DNA of 32,000 bases from NCBI RefSeq assembly GCF_000186885.1, contig NC_014972.1:3720001-3752000 (forward strand). The letters run 5' to 3'. Below, one piece after another: positions 1 through 13,152 of this stretch (positions are counted from its first letter, which is position 1; each line of letters begins with the position of its first letter). The translations under genes and the position numbers were made by a program. The notes beneath the pieces are model-generated. The model saw nothing but the letters and a program-made list of their open reading frames with translations. It was not told the origin of the DNA and searched no databases. The DNA is from Desulfobulbus propionicus DSM 2032 (GTDB lineage: Bacteria > Desulfobacterota > Desulfobulbia > Desulfobulbales > Desulfobulbaceae).

Positions 1-1
1 C

Positions 2-1021
2 GGCGGGGTCGATTCCACCATGGCCGCCTCCCTGCTGCAAGAGCAGGGGCACGACGTCCACGGGTTTTTCATGCTCCTGCCCCTGGCCAATCTGGAGGTC
101 CAGCGACAGCGGGTGCGCGAGGTGGCCGACAGGCTGTCGATCCCCCTGACCGAGGTGGACCTGCGGCAATCCTTTGCCGAGCAGGTCATCGGCTATTTCA
201 ACCGCAGCTATCGCGCCGGGTTGACCCCCAATCCCTGCATCCACTGCAACCGGTCCGTCAAATTCGGCCTGCTCGCCGACACGATGCGCCACCAGGATCT
301 GGAACGGATCGCCACCGGCCACTACGCCCGTGTCCAGAGCGTAGGTGACCGTTGTTTTGTGGCCCGTGGAAGCGACCGGACCAAGGATCAGTCCTACTTT
401 CTCGCCCGGCTCGCCGCCGACCAGGTGAACACGCTCCTGTTTCCGCTTGGTGACTGGACCAAACAACAGGTCTATGCGCGGGCCGCTGCCCTGGGGTTCC
501 ACTTCAGCGGCGAGGAGAGCCAGGATGTCTGTTTTCTCAGCCAAGGGCTGGCCGCCTTTCTTAGCGAGCAGGGGATCGGCGATCTGTGCGGGCCGGTGGT
601 GACTGCGGACGGCCGCCAAATCGGCGAACACCGGGGGGTCTGGCACTACACCATCGGCCAGCGGCGGGGTCTGGGGCTGCCGGATGTTACCCCCTGGTAT
701 GTGGTCGGGTTGGACGGTCCCGGCAACCGCGTCATCGTCGGCAAGCAGGACGATCTCTTCGCCACGCGCTGTACCGTGCATGCCTTGCGCTGGACCCACC
801 AACCACCCGCCCTGCCTTGGCGAGGCTTGGTGCAACTGCGCTCCCGTCATACTCCGGCGATGGCTGCACTGGCCCCCAGCGGCCCGGAGCAGTGGTCGCT
901 TGTCTTCGACACCCCGCAACGTGCCATCACCCCCGGCCAGTTCGCGGTCTGCTACGAGCATGATCGGGTGGTGGGCAGCGCGGTGATCGGAACGGGAGCC
1001 GACCTGGAGGAACGAACATGA
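2..1021 (+). CDS. mnmA: tRNA-specific 2-thiouridylase MnmA (5'-truncated by window edge)
   Basis: Reading frame is open from base 2 (GGVDSTMAASLLQEQGHDVHGFF), matching the PP-loop SGGVDS motif; TPNPCIHCNRSVKF, ATGHYA and QDVCFL are typical MnmA motifs; stop overlaps mtaB start (ATGA). Confidence 0.95.
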   Translation, partial: GGVDSTMAASLLQEQGHDVHGFFMLLPLANLEVQRQRVREVADRLSIPLTEVDLRQSFAEQVIGYFNRSYRAGLTPNPCIHCNRSVKFGLLADTMRHQDLERIATGHYARVQSVGDRCFVARGSDRTKDQSYFLARLAADQVNTLLFPLGDWTKQQVYARAAALGFHFSGEESQDVCFLSQGLAAFLSEQGIGDLCGPVVTADGRQIGEHRGVWHYTIGQRRGLGLPDVTPWYVVGLDGPGNRVIVGKQDDLFATRCTVHALRWTHQPPALPWRGLVQLRSRHTPAMAALAPSGPEQWSLVFDTPQRAITPGQFAVCYEHDRVVGSAVIGTGADLEERT

Positions 1022-2352
1022 AACGGATCGCCATCACCACCCTGGGCTGCAAGGTCAACCAGTTCGAATCCGCAGCCTTTGCCAGCGGCTTTGAGGCCCG
1101 GGGCTGCACCTTGGTGCCCTTTCAGGCCGAGGCCGATGTCTATGTGATCAACACCTGCACGGTCACCGCCAAGGCCGGCCAGCAGTCGCGGCAGCTGATT
1201 CGCCGGGTGCTGCACGAGCATCCTGGCGCACGGGTGGTGGTCACCGGCTGCTATGCCCAAATGGACCCGGAGGCGGTGTTCAGTCTCGCCGATCAACCTG
1301 TGGCCATTGTCGGTAACGGCAACAAGCATCTGCTGGTGGAGGCCGCCCTAGCCGAGTCCTCTCCCGATCTGGTGTTGCTCATGGGCCGGATTCGCGAGAA
1401 GAAGGAAATCTGCGACCTGCCGGTGACTCGTTTCCGCGGTCGCACCCGCGCCTATCTCCGCATCCAGGACGGCTGCGACAACTTCTGCTCCTACTGCATC
1501 GTGCCCTACACCCGGGGCCGCAGCCGCAGCCTACCCCTGACCAAAATCCTGGCACAGACAGCGGTCTTTGTCGACCAGGGCTACCGCGAACTGGTGATCA
1601 CCGGCATCAATGTCGGCAAGTACGGGCTCGACCTGGACGAGGGCGAAACCATCTACAGCCTGCTGGCCCGGCTTTGTCGTGATTTTCCCGGCCTCCGCTT
1701 GCGGCTCAGTTCCATCGAGCCCACCGAGGTCAACGATCAGTTGCTCGACCTGATGTCCGGCTCCCCCAACTTCATGCCCCACCTGCACATTCCCCTGCAG
1801 AGCGGCGACGACCAGGTCCTGGCGCGGATGAACCGGCGCTACACCCGCGCCGAGTTTGCGGCGGTGATCGAGCGGGTGCACCAGGCCTTGCCGCTCGCCA
1901 CCATCGGCTGCGACGTGCTGGGCGGTTTTCCCGGCGAAACCGAGGCCGAGGCCGACAACACCTACCGGTTGCTGACCGATCTGCCGGTCCACTATCTCCA
2001 TGTCTTTCCCTACTCCCGCCGTCCCGGCACCCTGGCCGCCTCGCTGCCGCAGCAGCTGCCAGGCCCGGTCAAGGAGGCGCGGGTGCAGCGGCTGCGTGGT
2101 CTCGATGCGGCCAAACGGCAGGCCGCCTACCAGGCCAACTGCGGGCGCACCCACCAGGTGCTGGTGGAGCGGCGGCAGGCGAAAACCGGTCTGTTGCAAG
2201 GCTTCTCCGAAAACTATGTACCGATCCTCTTTGCCGGCGGTTCAGGCCTGATCCGTCAGGTGGTGCCGGTGCGCCTTGTTGCGGTCGAGGACGGTCAACC
2301 CAGGGGAATGATTGCCGAAGACCTGCTTGAGGAAAGTCGCCAAACCAGGTAA
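1018..2352 (+). CDS. mtaB: tRNA (N6-threonylcarbamoyladenosine(37)-C2)-methylthiotransferase MtaB
   Basis: MiaB/MtaB-type N-terminus (TLGCKVNQFESAAF), radical SAM motif CDNFCSYCIVPYTRG, PGETEAE motif, C-terminal TRAM-like region. Confidence 0.95.
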   Translation: MKRIAITTLGCKVNQFESAAFASGFEARGCTLVPFQAEADVYVINTCTVTAKAGQQSRQLIRRVLHEHPGARVVVTGCYAQMDPEAVFSLADQPVAIVGNGNKHLLVEAALAESSPDLVLLMGRIREKKEICDLPVTRFRGRTRAYLRIQDGCDNFCSYCIVPYTRGRSRSLPLTKILAQTAVFVDQGYRELVITGINVGKYGLDLDEGETIYSLLARLCRDFPGLRLRLSSIEPTEVNDQLLDLMSGSPNFMPHLHIPLQSGDDQVLARMNRRYTRAEFAAVIERVHQALPLATIGCDVLGGFPGETEAEADNTYRLLTDLPVHYLHVFPYSRRPGTLAASLPQQLPGPVKEARVQRLRGLDAAKRQAAYQANCGRTHQVLVERRQAKTGLLQGFSENYVPILFAGGSGLIRQVVPVRLVAVEDGQPRGMIAEDLLEESRQTR

Positions 2353-2382
2353 GGTGCGCCCTCAACCTGTGAGGAGACTCCC

Positions 2383-3638
2383 ATGATCGGAGAGATCATC
2401 GCCATCGGCGACGAGCTGACCTCGGGCCGCATCACCAACACCACCAGCGGCCATGCGGCGCGGCAACTATTCCTGCTCGGCCACCGGATCCGGGCCATGC
2501 ATACCATCGGCGATGACGCGGAGTTGATCGGCGCGACCCTCAAGGCAGCGATCGCCCGCTGCGACTTTGTCCTGGTCACCGGCGGCCTGGGGGCCACCAC
2601 CGATGATCTGACCAACGAGGCGGTGATCGCGGCCCTGAACCTCAAGTCCGCCATCCATCCCTGCGTCCAGGCCAATATCGAATCGCGCATGGCCAAGACC
2701 GAGGGCAAGGCCGCGGTGTCGCTCGCCAAACTGGCCCATTTGCCCGAAGGCGCCGAGGTGCTGGACGACGACTGCCGGATGGCCGGCTACCTGCTCCGCT
2801 TTCAGGGCAAGCCCATCTATTTCCTCCCCGGCGTGCCGCCGCAGATGGAGATCCTGCTGCGCGACAAGGTTCTGCCTGGGTTGCAGCGTTTCGACGGTGG
2901 CCGTGCCGTGCCCGTGTGCCAACGGGTCTACCGCACCTGCGGCCTGTACGAGATCGAGATCAACCAGCGGTTGCACACCTTGGAGCGCAACGGGGTGCAG
3001 ATCGGCTACTACCCGGTGGGCGCCGAGGTCCATGTCAGCCTGACCGGCCACCACCTGGAAGGCGGCATGGACGATCCGCTGTTTCGCCAGGCCGACGCCC
3101 TCATCCGCGAAGCCCTGGGCGAGCACATCTACGGCATCGATGAGGAGACCCTGGCATCGGTCACCGGACGGCTGCTTCAGGAGCGGGACCTGCTGCTCGC
3201 CACCGCCGAGTCCTGTACCGGCGGTCTGATCGGTGCGACCCTCACCGAGGTACCGGGCAGCTCCCGGTGGTTCAAGGGCGGGGTGATCGTCTATGCCAAT
3301 GCGCTCAAGGAAAACCTGCTCGATATTGCCCCCGATCTGCTCGGCCGCCATGGGGCGGTGAGCGCGGAGACGGCCCGGGCCATGGCCAGCGGGGCTCTGC
3401 AAAGATTGGGTTGCGACATCGCGGTGGCCGTCACCGGCATCGCCGGCCCCGAGGGCGGCACCCCGGACAAACCGGTGGGGACGGTCTACCTGGGACTGGC
3501 CTACGGCAACACGGTGATCGACCGGCTGTGCCGTTTCCACGGCTCCCGCCGACAGATTCAGGAAAAGACCGCGCAGACGGCAATGGATATGGTCCGCCGG
3601 GCGTTACTTGCGAGTGAACAGAGTGAAAGGAGAATGCG

Positions 3639-3642
<4 letters not shown>
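2383..3642 (+). CDS. cinA: CinA family competence/damage-inducible protein, nicotinamide-nucleotide amidase
   Basis: N-terminal MoaB-like domain ([30 protein letters not shown]) and C-terminal amidase domain ([44 protein letters not shown]); directly upstream of recA. Confidence 0.95.
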
Positions 3643-4673
<1,031 letters not shown>

Positions 4674-4699
4674 GCCGGTTCCACGCCGCGTTCCTCTCC

Positions 4700-4745
4700 G
4701 GGATCGTCCGCCCCCGTGGCGTGGGCGGTCCCGTTTTTTTTATTT
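4700..4745 (+). terminator. Rho-independent terminator downstream of recA
   Basis: CCGCCC(ccgtggcgt)GGGCGG stem with outer GGGA/TCCC pairing followed by a run of Ts (ccgtttttttt). Confidence 0.7.
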
Positions 4746-4778
4746 GCGGAGGAAAGCCAATCTGGGCCTGCCTGCTGA

Positions 4779-5516
4779 TTAGCCCTGAAAGTCGGAGCGC
4801 AGGTCGCGGGTGATCTTGCCCCGGCTGTCCGTATCCTGGTTGCGCACCAGCTCCGGCAACCGGCCCCACAGGCCGATCTTGCCGTTTTTGACCGCCAGGA
4901 TGCCGTCGATGCCGGCAATGGCGCCGACATCGTCCAGCACCGGGGTCAGATCCTTTTCGGTCTTGATCAGGTTGCACACCAGGGTGACCGCCGAATCGGC
5001 CAGGGCCGCGTCCTTGGCGACAACGGTGGCCAGATCGCAGCGGCCGAAACTGAGCGAATGGCCCATCTTGGAGGAGGAGGAACAGAGGGCGAGAGGCAGG
5101 GTGGCGGGATCGAGGCGGAAGGCCAGCTTGCCGGCGATGGCATTGTCGCCGGCATAGATGCCAATGGTGACGGGCGAGTCGGCGTGGATGTAGATGTCGC
5201 CGCCGTTCTCGACGATGGCCTCGGGGCAACCGATGGCCATGGCGGCCTCGGCGCCCATCTGCGCCAGGGTGCCGGCCACGGCGGCCATGGGGCCCAGCCC
5301 GGTCAGCGCGCTGGCCGCAGCCATGCGCTGCGCCACTTCGGGGGCATCGTCCAGCAGGACCACCGGCACCAGCGAGGTCAGGAAGTCGGGGTGACGAGCG
5401 ATGTAGCGTTCGAGCCTGCGGCGCTCGTCGATCACGGTGCGGGTAATCAGGTCAAAGGCCGGGCTGGCGACCCGCAGGTTGGTGTCCTTCCAGGCGAAGG
5501 AGCGATAGACGCGCAT
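4779..5516 (-). CDS. UPF0280 family protein (ApbE-like, COG2122-type)
   Basis: RSFAWKDTNLRVAS, GPMAAVAGTLAQMGAEAAMA, VENGGDIYI, IGIYAG, ATVVAKDAALADSAVTLVCN are consistent with the UPF0280/ApbE-like family. Confidence 0.8.
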   Translation of the reverse strand: MRVYRSFAWKDTNLRVASPAFDLITRTVIDERRRLERYIARHPDFLTSLVPVVLLDDAPEVAQRMAAASALTGLGPMAAVAGTLAQMGAEAAMAIGCPEAIVENGGDIYIHADSPVTIGIYAGDNAIAGKLAFRLDPATLPLALCSSSSKMGHSLSFGRCDLATVVAKDAALADSAVTLVCNLIKTEKDLTPVLDDVGAIAGIDGILAVKNGKIGLWGRLPELVRNQDTDSRGKITRDLRSDFQG

Positions 5517-5544
5517 CGGAGATCAGGCGTCGCCGCGCCCGGCC

Positions 5545-5955
5545 TCAGAAGTTTGAGGAGCAGGCGCCGAAGGGACAGGCGGCAACGCAGGCCAGACACT
5601 CGATGCAACTGTCCTCGTTGAACGCCACCTGCCGGGTGGCCCGGTCGACGATCGACAGCGCCCCGGTGGGGCAGTGCACCACGCAGGCCCCGCACTGGCC
5701 GCAGCGGCCCGCATCCCAGAGCATGCCCTTGTTGCCGGCATGGATGTCGACATCAAACCCGCCCAGAAATTCAAAGGCGCGGTCGATGTTCTCCTGGGTG
5801 CCGGTCACCTCCAGACTGAGGTAGCCCTCCTCCTCGCTGGTCACCTTGGCGCGGAAGATATTGACGATCAGGTCGAACTGCTTAACTAACTGATAGACGA
5901 TCGGCTTCTCGGTTTCGCTCTTGGGAAAGTAGAGATAGATTTTTTTGGTGATCAT
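5545..5955 (-). CDS. NIL domain-containing 4Fe-4S ferredoxin
   Basis: N-terminal NIL-like domain (KKIYLYFPKSETEKPIVYQLVKQFDLIVNIFRAKV) and two 4Fe-4S motifs CGQCGACVVHCP and CIECLACVAACPFGAC; start overlaps upstream gene stop. Confidence 0.9.
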   Translation of the reverse strand: MITKKIYLYFPKSETEKPIVYQLVKQFDLIVNIFRAKVTSEEEGYLSLEVTGTQENIDRAFEFLGGFDVDIHAGNKGMLWDAGRCGQCGACVVHCPTGALSIVDRATRQVAFNEDSCIECLACVAACPFGACSSNF

Positions 5956-7145
5956 CGCGCCGGTCCTGTGATGTTCAATGGTTGCATGGACTGGTTCAGC
6001 GGCAGCCGCTGGCTGGGCTCGGCCAGCAGGAAGCGGCCCGCCTCGATCTCGGCCTTGAGCAGGTTGCAGATCCTGAGCGCCTTGTTGTAGGAGGAGAGCG
6101 AGGTCACCGGCACCTTCTTGCCCAGCAGTTCCACCTCGCCCGAGCGCAGTTCCTCGTAGTTGTAGCGGGCCAGCACCTTACCGGTCTTCTGCGGGTAATC
6201 GGTGGAGTAATCGATGACGCAAGCCTGGATATCGCGGTCGCGCACCGTGGTTCGCCGGAGGATCTCCGCGTTGAGGATGGGGATGGGGATGCCCACGCCC
6301 AGGGCCAGCGACACGCCGTAGCCCTTGAAACTGACCCCGCGCACGAACTCGGGCAGCATCTCCTTCATGTTGCCGGTCAAGGCCAGGGTACCCGCCCCCT
6401 CCACTGGCACATCGTTGTCGCCGCGCTCCACCAGCGAGCAGTGCTGGGTGCCCTGGCTGTAAACCAGACCGCGCGCCCCGGCCAGCCAGATGGCGGTGCC
6501 CACGCCGATGGTCTCGTAGAGCGGGTCGTTCAACAGCGGCGACAGCTGCCCGGCCGAGCAGTAGGTCATGTTGCGCATCTTGGCGCGGAGGATGCCCAGA
6601 TAGGTATAGATGCGTTTATCCGAGCAGTTGACCGCCACGTTGTAATTCTGGTAGCAGTTGCGCGGATTGACCATGATCGCCTGGTTGAGATCATGAATAT
6701 CGAACAGGGTGCGGATCTCGCGGCGCGGATAGTCGTCGGTGCCGTAGGAGAGGCCGAAGAGCTGCAGCTTCTTGCCCGCCACCAGATCCTCGATCACATG
6801 GCCGCCGCCGTAGCGGAACTCGCCGGGGTGGTACATGTTGGCCGGGTCGTTGTGGCGCAGTTGGGTGGCGCCCATATAGACGTCGACCGCGGCGATGCCG
6901 CAGTAGGCCATGACATCGTTGATCCAGGCCTCGGAGATGCGCATTTTGGGCTTGCTGTGCCCGAAGTTGAGGAAACAGCCGGAGGAGCACATCGGCCCGA
7001 AGGTGGCGGTGGTGACCACATCCACCTCCTTGGCGGCGGCTTCCAGGCCGCGTTTGTCCACATACTCGATCACCTCTTCGGCGGTCAGCACCACCGCCTT
7101 GCCCGAGGCAATCTTGTCGTTAATTTCCGCGTAGGTCTTGCTCAT
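5952..7145 (-). CDS. Homocysteine biosynthesis protein (DUF39/COG1900 family)
   Basis: MSKTYAEINDKIASGKAVVLTAEEVI and CSSGCFLNFGHSKPKMR are typical of the DUF39 family; adjacent to the NIL/ferredoxin partner. Confidence 0.9.
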   Translation of the reverse strand: MSKTYAEINDKIASGKAVVLTAEEVIEYVDKRGLEAAAKEVDVVTTATFGPMCSSGCFLNFGHSKPKMRISEAWINDVMAYCGIAAVDVYMGATQLRHNDPANMYHPGEFRYGGGHVIEDLVAGKKLQLFGLSYGTDDYPRREIRTLFDIHDLNQAIMVNPRNCYQNYNVAVNCSDKRIYTYLGILRAKMRNMTYCSAGQLSPLLNDPLYETIGVGTAIWLAGARGLVYSQGTQHCSLVERGDNDVPVEGAGTLALTGNMKEMLPEFVRGVSFKGYGVSLALGVGIPIPILNAEILRRTTVRDRDIQACVIDYSTDYPQKTGKVLARYNYEELRSGEVELLGKKVPVTSLSSYNKALRICNLLKAEIEAGRFLLAEPSQRLPLNQSMQPLNITGPAR

Positions 7146-7359
7146 AGCGCATTCTCCCAGGTAAGGGCCTTACATGTTCGCCGCAAAGCGCCTACTATAG
7201 GACGAATGGCCCAAAACAGCAAGTTGGCGGAGCAGGGAGGACCAAAAAAGAACACTGCCGAGCGCTGCGCAAAAACCAGCGCGTGCCTTGTGCGCTGTGG
7301 GCAACATCGTGTACAAAGAGTCATTCTCACCATTGGCCCATCATTCGGAGGAAGACCCC

Positions 7360-10041
<2,682 letters not shown>

Positions 10042-10098
10042 GCCTGGAGCCGGACAGGTAGATCAAAGGATCGCTCCAGGCTATCAAGATGCGGGCAA

Positions 10099-10130
10099 GG
10101 CGCAGCAACGCCAAAGTTGCTGCGCCTTTT
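10099..10130 (+). terminator. Rho-independent terminator downstream of acnA
   Basis: Perfect 11-bp stem GGCGCAGCAAC-gccaaa-GTTGCTGCGCC followed by TTTTC. Confidence 0.9.
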
Positions 10131-10210
10131 CTTCTGATATCGCGACAAGCAGGCGACATCTCCACCCCCAAGAGGTCAACCACTTCGACCATCCAGTTCT
10201 GACAGCGCTC

Positions 10211-11764
10211 ATGTCCTCCATCATCCTCACCACCATCAACGCCCGCTATATCCATGCCAGCCTCGGCCTGCGCTGGCTGTACGCCAATATGGGCGATCTG
10301 CAAGCCCAGGCGCGCATCCAGGAATACTGCCTCACCGACCACATCGCCGACATGGCCGAACGCATCCTGGCTTCCGCTCCCCGGGTGGTGGGGATCGGCG
10401 TCTATATCTGGAATGCCGCCCCGGTGCGGCAACTGGTGGGGGTGCTCAAACGGGTGGCGCCGGAGACGATCGTGGTGCTCGGCGGCCCGGAGGTCAGCCA
10501 CCTGCCGCTGCGGGTGGATCTGCGCGAGGCCGACTACCTCATCCAGGGCGAGGGCGAGCAGGCTTTTCGTGAACTCTGCCAGGCAATTTTCGCGCACCAA
10601 CCGCCTGCAAAACGGATCATCCAGGCCGAGCCGGTGACGGTCGAAACCCTGGCCTCACCCTATCCCTTCTACACCAACGACGACGTGGCCCACCGCCTCA
10701 CCTATGTCGAGGCCTCGCGCGGTTGCCCCTTCCGCTGCGAATTCTGCCTCAGCTCGATCGACCGACGGGTGCGGCCCTTTGCCGTAGATTGGTTTCTGGC
10801 CGAGATGGAGGCCCTCTGGCAGCGGGGGGCACGGACCTTCAAGTTCGTCGACCGCACCTTCAACGCCAATCCGGCCACGGCCGCGCGGATTCTCGACTAT
10901 TTCCTGGCGAAAACGCCACCCTTCCACGTGCACTTCGAGGTCATTCCGGACCATTTTCCGCAAGCGATCAAGGAACGGTTGGCCCGATTCCCGGCCGGGA
11001 CCCTGCAACTCGAGATTGGCATCCAGACCATGGATGCCCGAATCGCGGCCAACATCAGCCGGCGACTCGATGTCGACCGCATCCGGGAGAATCTCCGTTT
11101 CCTTGAACAAGAGACCGCGGCCCACCTCCATGTCGATCTCATCGTCGGCCTGCCCGGCGAGCCGATCGAACAGTTTGGCCGCAACCTCAACACCTTGGTC
11201 GCCCAGACCCAGGGCGAGATCCAGATCGGCATCCTCAAGAAACTCTCCGGCACGGCCATCACCCGCCACGACCAGGTCCACGGCATGGTCTACGCGCCCG
11301 ATCCGCCCTACGAGATCCTCAAGAACGACCTGATCAGCTTCGATCAGATGCAGGCAATGAAACGGCTGGCCCGCTTCTGGGACCTGGTCTACAACAGCGG
11401 CAATTTCCGCCGCACCGCGCCGCTGCTCTGGCCGGACGGCGACGTTTTCGCCGGCTTTGCCGCCTTCAGCCGCTGGCTGTACCGCCAAACCCTGGCCACC
11501 TGGCAGATCGGCCTGCCGCGCCTGAGCGAACTGTTGTTCGGCTATCTGACCGAGGAAAAGGGACAGAAAAAAAGCGTGGTCGCGAACGCGCTGGCCGCCG
11601 ACATCCTGGTGATCAAGGGCAGAGTGCTGCCGAAGACGGTTCAGGAGAATGTCACCTGCCTGCCGGAAGAACGGCGGGCGTTGGGGGAATCGCTGACCAA
11701 GCGGCAGAGCCGCCACCGGGAGGGGCGGATCGTTCCTGAGCGGGGACGCCTTCCCGAATCATGA
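10211..11764 (+). CDS. B12-binding domain-containing radical SAM protein
   Basis: N-terminal cobalamin-binding-like domain (ILTTINARYIHASLGLRWL...GIGVYIWNAAP...VVLGGPEVS), radical SAM motif CPFRCEFCLS, C-terminal DUF4080-like region. Start placed at MSSIILTT. Confidence 0.9.
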   Translation: MSSIILTTINARYIHASLGLRWLYANMGDLQAQARIQEYCLTDHIADMAERILASAPRVVGIGVYIWNAAPVRQLVGVLKRVAPETIVVLGGPEVSHLPLRVDLREADYLIQGEGEQAFRELCQAIFAHQPPAKRIIQAEPVTVETLASPYPFYTNDDVAHRLTYVEASRGCPFRCEFCLSSIDRRVRPFAVDWFLAEMEALWQRGARTFKFVDRTFNANPATAARILDYFLAKTPPFHVHFEVIPDHFPQAIKERLARFPAGTLQLEIGIQTMDARIAANISRRLDVDRIRENLRFLEQETAAHLHVDLIVGLPGEPIEQFGRNLNTLVAQTQGEIQIGILKKLSGTAITRHDQVHGMVYAPDPPYEILKNDLISFDQMQAMKRLARFWDLVYNSGNFRRTAPLLWPDGDVFAGFAAFSRWLYRQTLATWQIGLPRLSELLFGYLTEEKGQKKSVVANALAADILVIKGRVLPKTVQENVTCLPEERRALGESLTKRQSRHREGRIVPERGRLPES

Positions 11765-13152
11765 CCACCCTCTCCCTCATCCTTCACGAGGCCCGTGCCC
11801 TGCTCCGCCTGACCGGGCCGCTGCTCCTGGCCCAGCTGGCGCAGACCGCCATGGGTTTTGTCGACACGGTCATGGCCGGCCGCTATTCGGCGGTCGATCT
11901 GGCGGCGGTGGCGGTGGGTTTTTCGATCTTCATCCCGGTGTATGTGTTTCTGCTCGGATTGCTCAGCGCCGTCACCCCGTTGGTGGCGCAGGCGCACGGC
12001 CGGGGCGATGGCAAGGCGGTGCGGCGGGCGATCCGGTTGGGCATGGGCATCGGCCTGGTGGCCGGGTTGCTGCTGATGCCGCTGTTGTGGTGGACCGATC
12101 CGTTCATGATGTGGATGGGGGTAAGCCCCGAGGTGATCCCGATCACCGGCCGCTACCTGTTCGCCATCTCCTGGGGCCTGCCGCTGGGCGGAATCTTTTT
12201 CGCCCTCAAGGGCGGCGGCGATGGCCTGGCCCTGCCCCGGTTGTCGATGTTCGCCGGTTTCTTCGGTTTGGGCGTCAACATTGTCGCCAACTACGTGCTG
12301 ATCTACGGTAAGCTCGGCCTGCCGGCCCTGGGTGGGGCCGGTTGCGGTTGGGCGACCTCGTTCTCCATCCTGGCCATGCTCGGGTTCATGGCCCTGCTCC
12401 TGGGTCGCAGCAGGATCGATGGCACGGCACGGCTTTTTGCCCTGCACCCCGACCAAGCCGCGACAACCTCGGTGGCCGCCTTCCTTCGTCTGGGCATGCC
12501 CATTGGCCTGGCCCTGTTCATCGAGTGCTCGATCTTCACCATCATCGCCCTGTTCATCGCCAAATTCGGCGCCCAGGTGGTGGCCGCGCACCAGATCGCC
12601 CTCAACTTCGCTTCCCAGGTCTATATGCTGCCCTACAGCCTGTCCACGGCGCTGACCGTGCGAGTGGGGTTCACCATCGGCAGGAAACGGATTCGGCGGC
12701 TTCGGCGCATTGCCGGCACCGGCCTGGGCATGGCCCTGATCGGCGCCGTGCTGACCTGTGGGGGCATCCTGCTCTTTTCCCCTCAAATCGCCGCCCTGTA
12801 CACCGCCGACCCGGCGGTCCGGCAGTTGGCCGTGGTCCTCCTGGGCTACGCCGCCCTTTTCCAGCTGCCGGATGCAATGCAGGTCAATGCCGGCGGCATT
12901 CTCCGCGGCTGCAAGGACACGCGGGTGCCGTTGCTGCTGATGCTCTGCGCCTATTGGGGGATTGGCCTGCCGTTGGGCTACGGCCTGGGGTTGGAACGCC
13001 TGGGGAACCTGGAACCGGGCCCCCAGGGCTTTTGGGTGGGGTTGATCTGTGCGCTCGTGGTCGCCGCCCTGCTGCTCGGCGGCCGGGTGCGGATCATGCT
13101 GCGCCGGCTGGAACGGCAGGCGGGACAGGGGGTCAGAGCAGACCGTCCATGA
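11761..13152 (+). CDS. MATE family efflux transporter (multidrug/Na+ antiporter type)
   Basis: About 12 hydrophobic segments; GPLLLAQLAQTAMGFVDTVMAGRYSAVDLAAVAVG, AHQIALNFASQVYMLPYSLSTALTVRVG are typical of NorM-like MATE proteins. Confidence 0.93.
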   Translation: MTTLSLILHEARALLRLTGPLLLAQLAQTAMGFVDTVMAGRYSAVDLAAVAVGFSIFIPVYVFLLGLLSAVTPLVAQAHGRGDGKAVRRAIRLGMGIGLVAGLLLMPLLWWTDPFMMWMGVSPEVIPITGRYLFAISWGLPLGGIFFALKGGGDGLALPRLSMFAGFFGLGVNIVANYVLIYGKLGLPALGGAGCGWATSFSILAMLGFMALLLGRSRIDGTARLFALHPDQAATTSVAAFLRLGMPIGLALFIECSIFTIIALFIAKFGAQVVAAHQIALNFASQVYMLPYSLSTALTVRVGFTIGRKRIRRLRRIAGTGLGMALIGAVLTCGGILLFSPQIAALYTADPAVRQLAVVLLGYAALFQLPDAMQVNAGGILRGCKDTRVPLLLMLCAYWGIGLPLGYGLGLERLGNLEPGPQGFWVGLICALVVAALLLGGRVRIMLRRLERQAGQGVRADRP

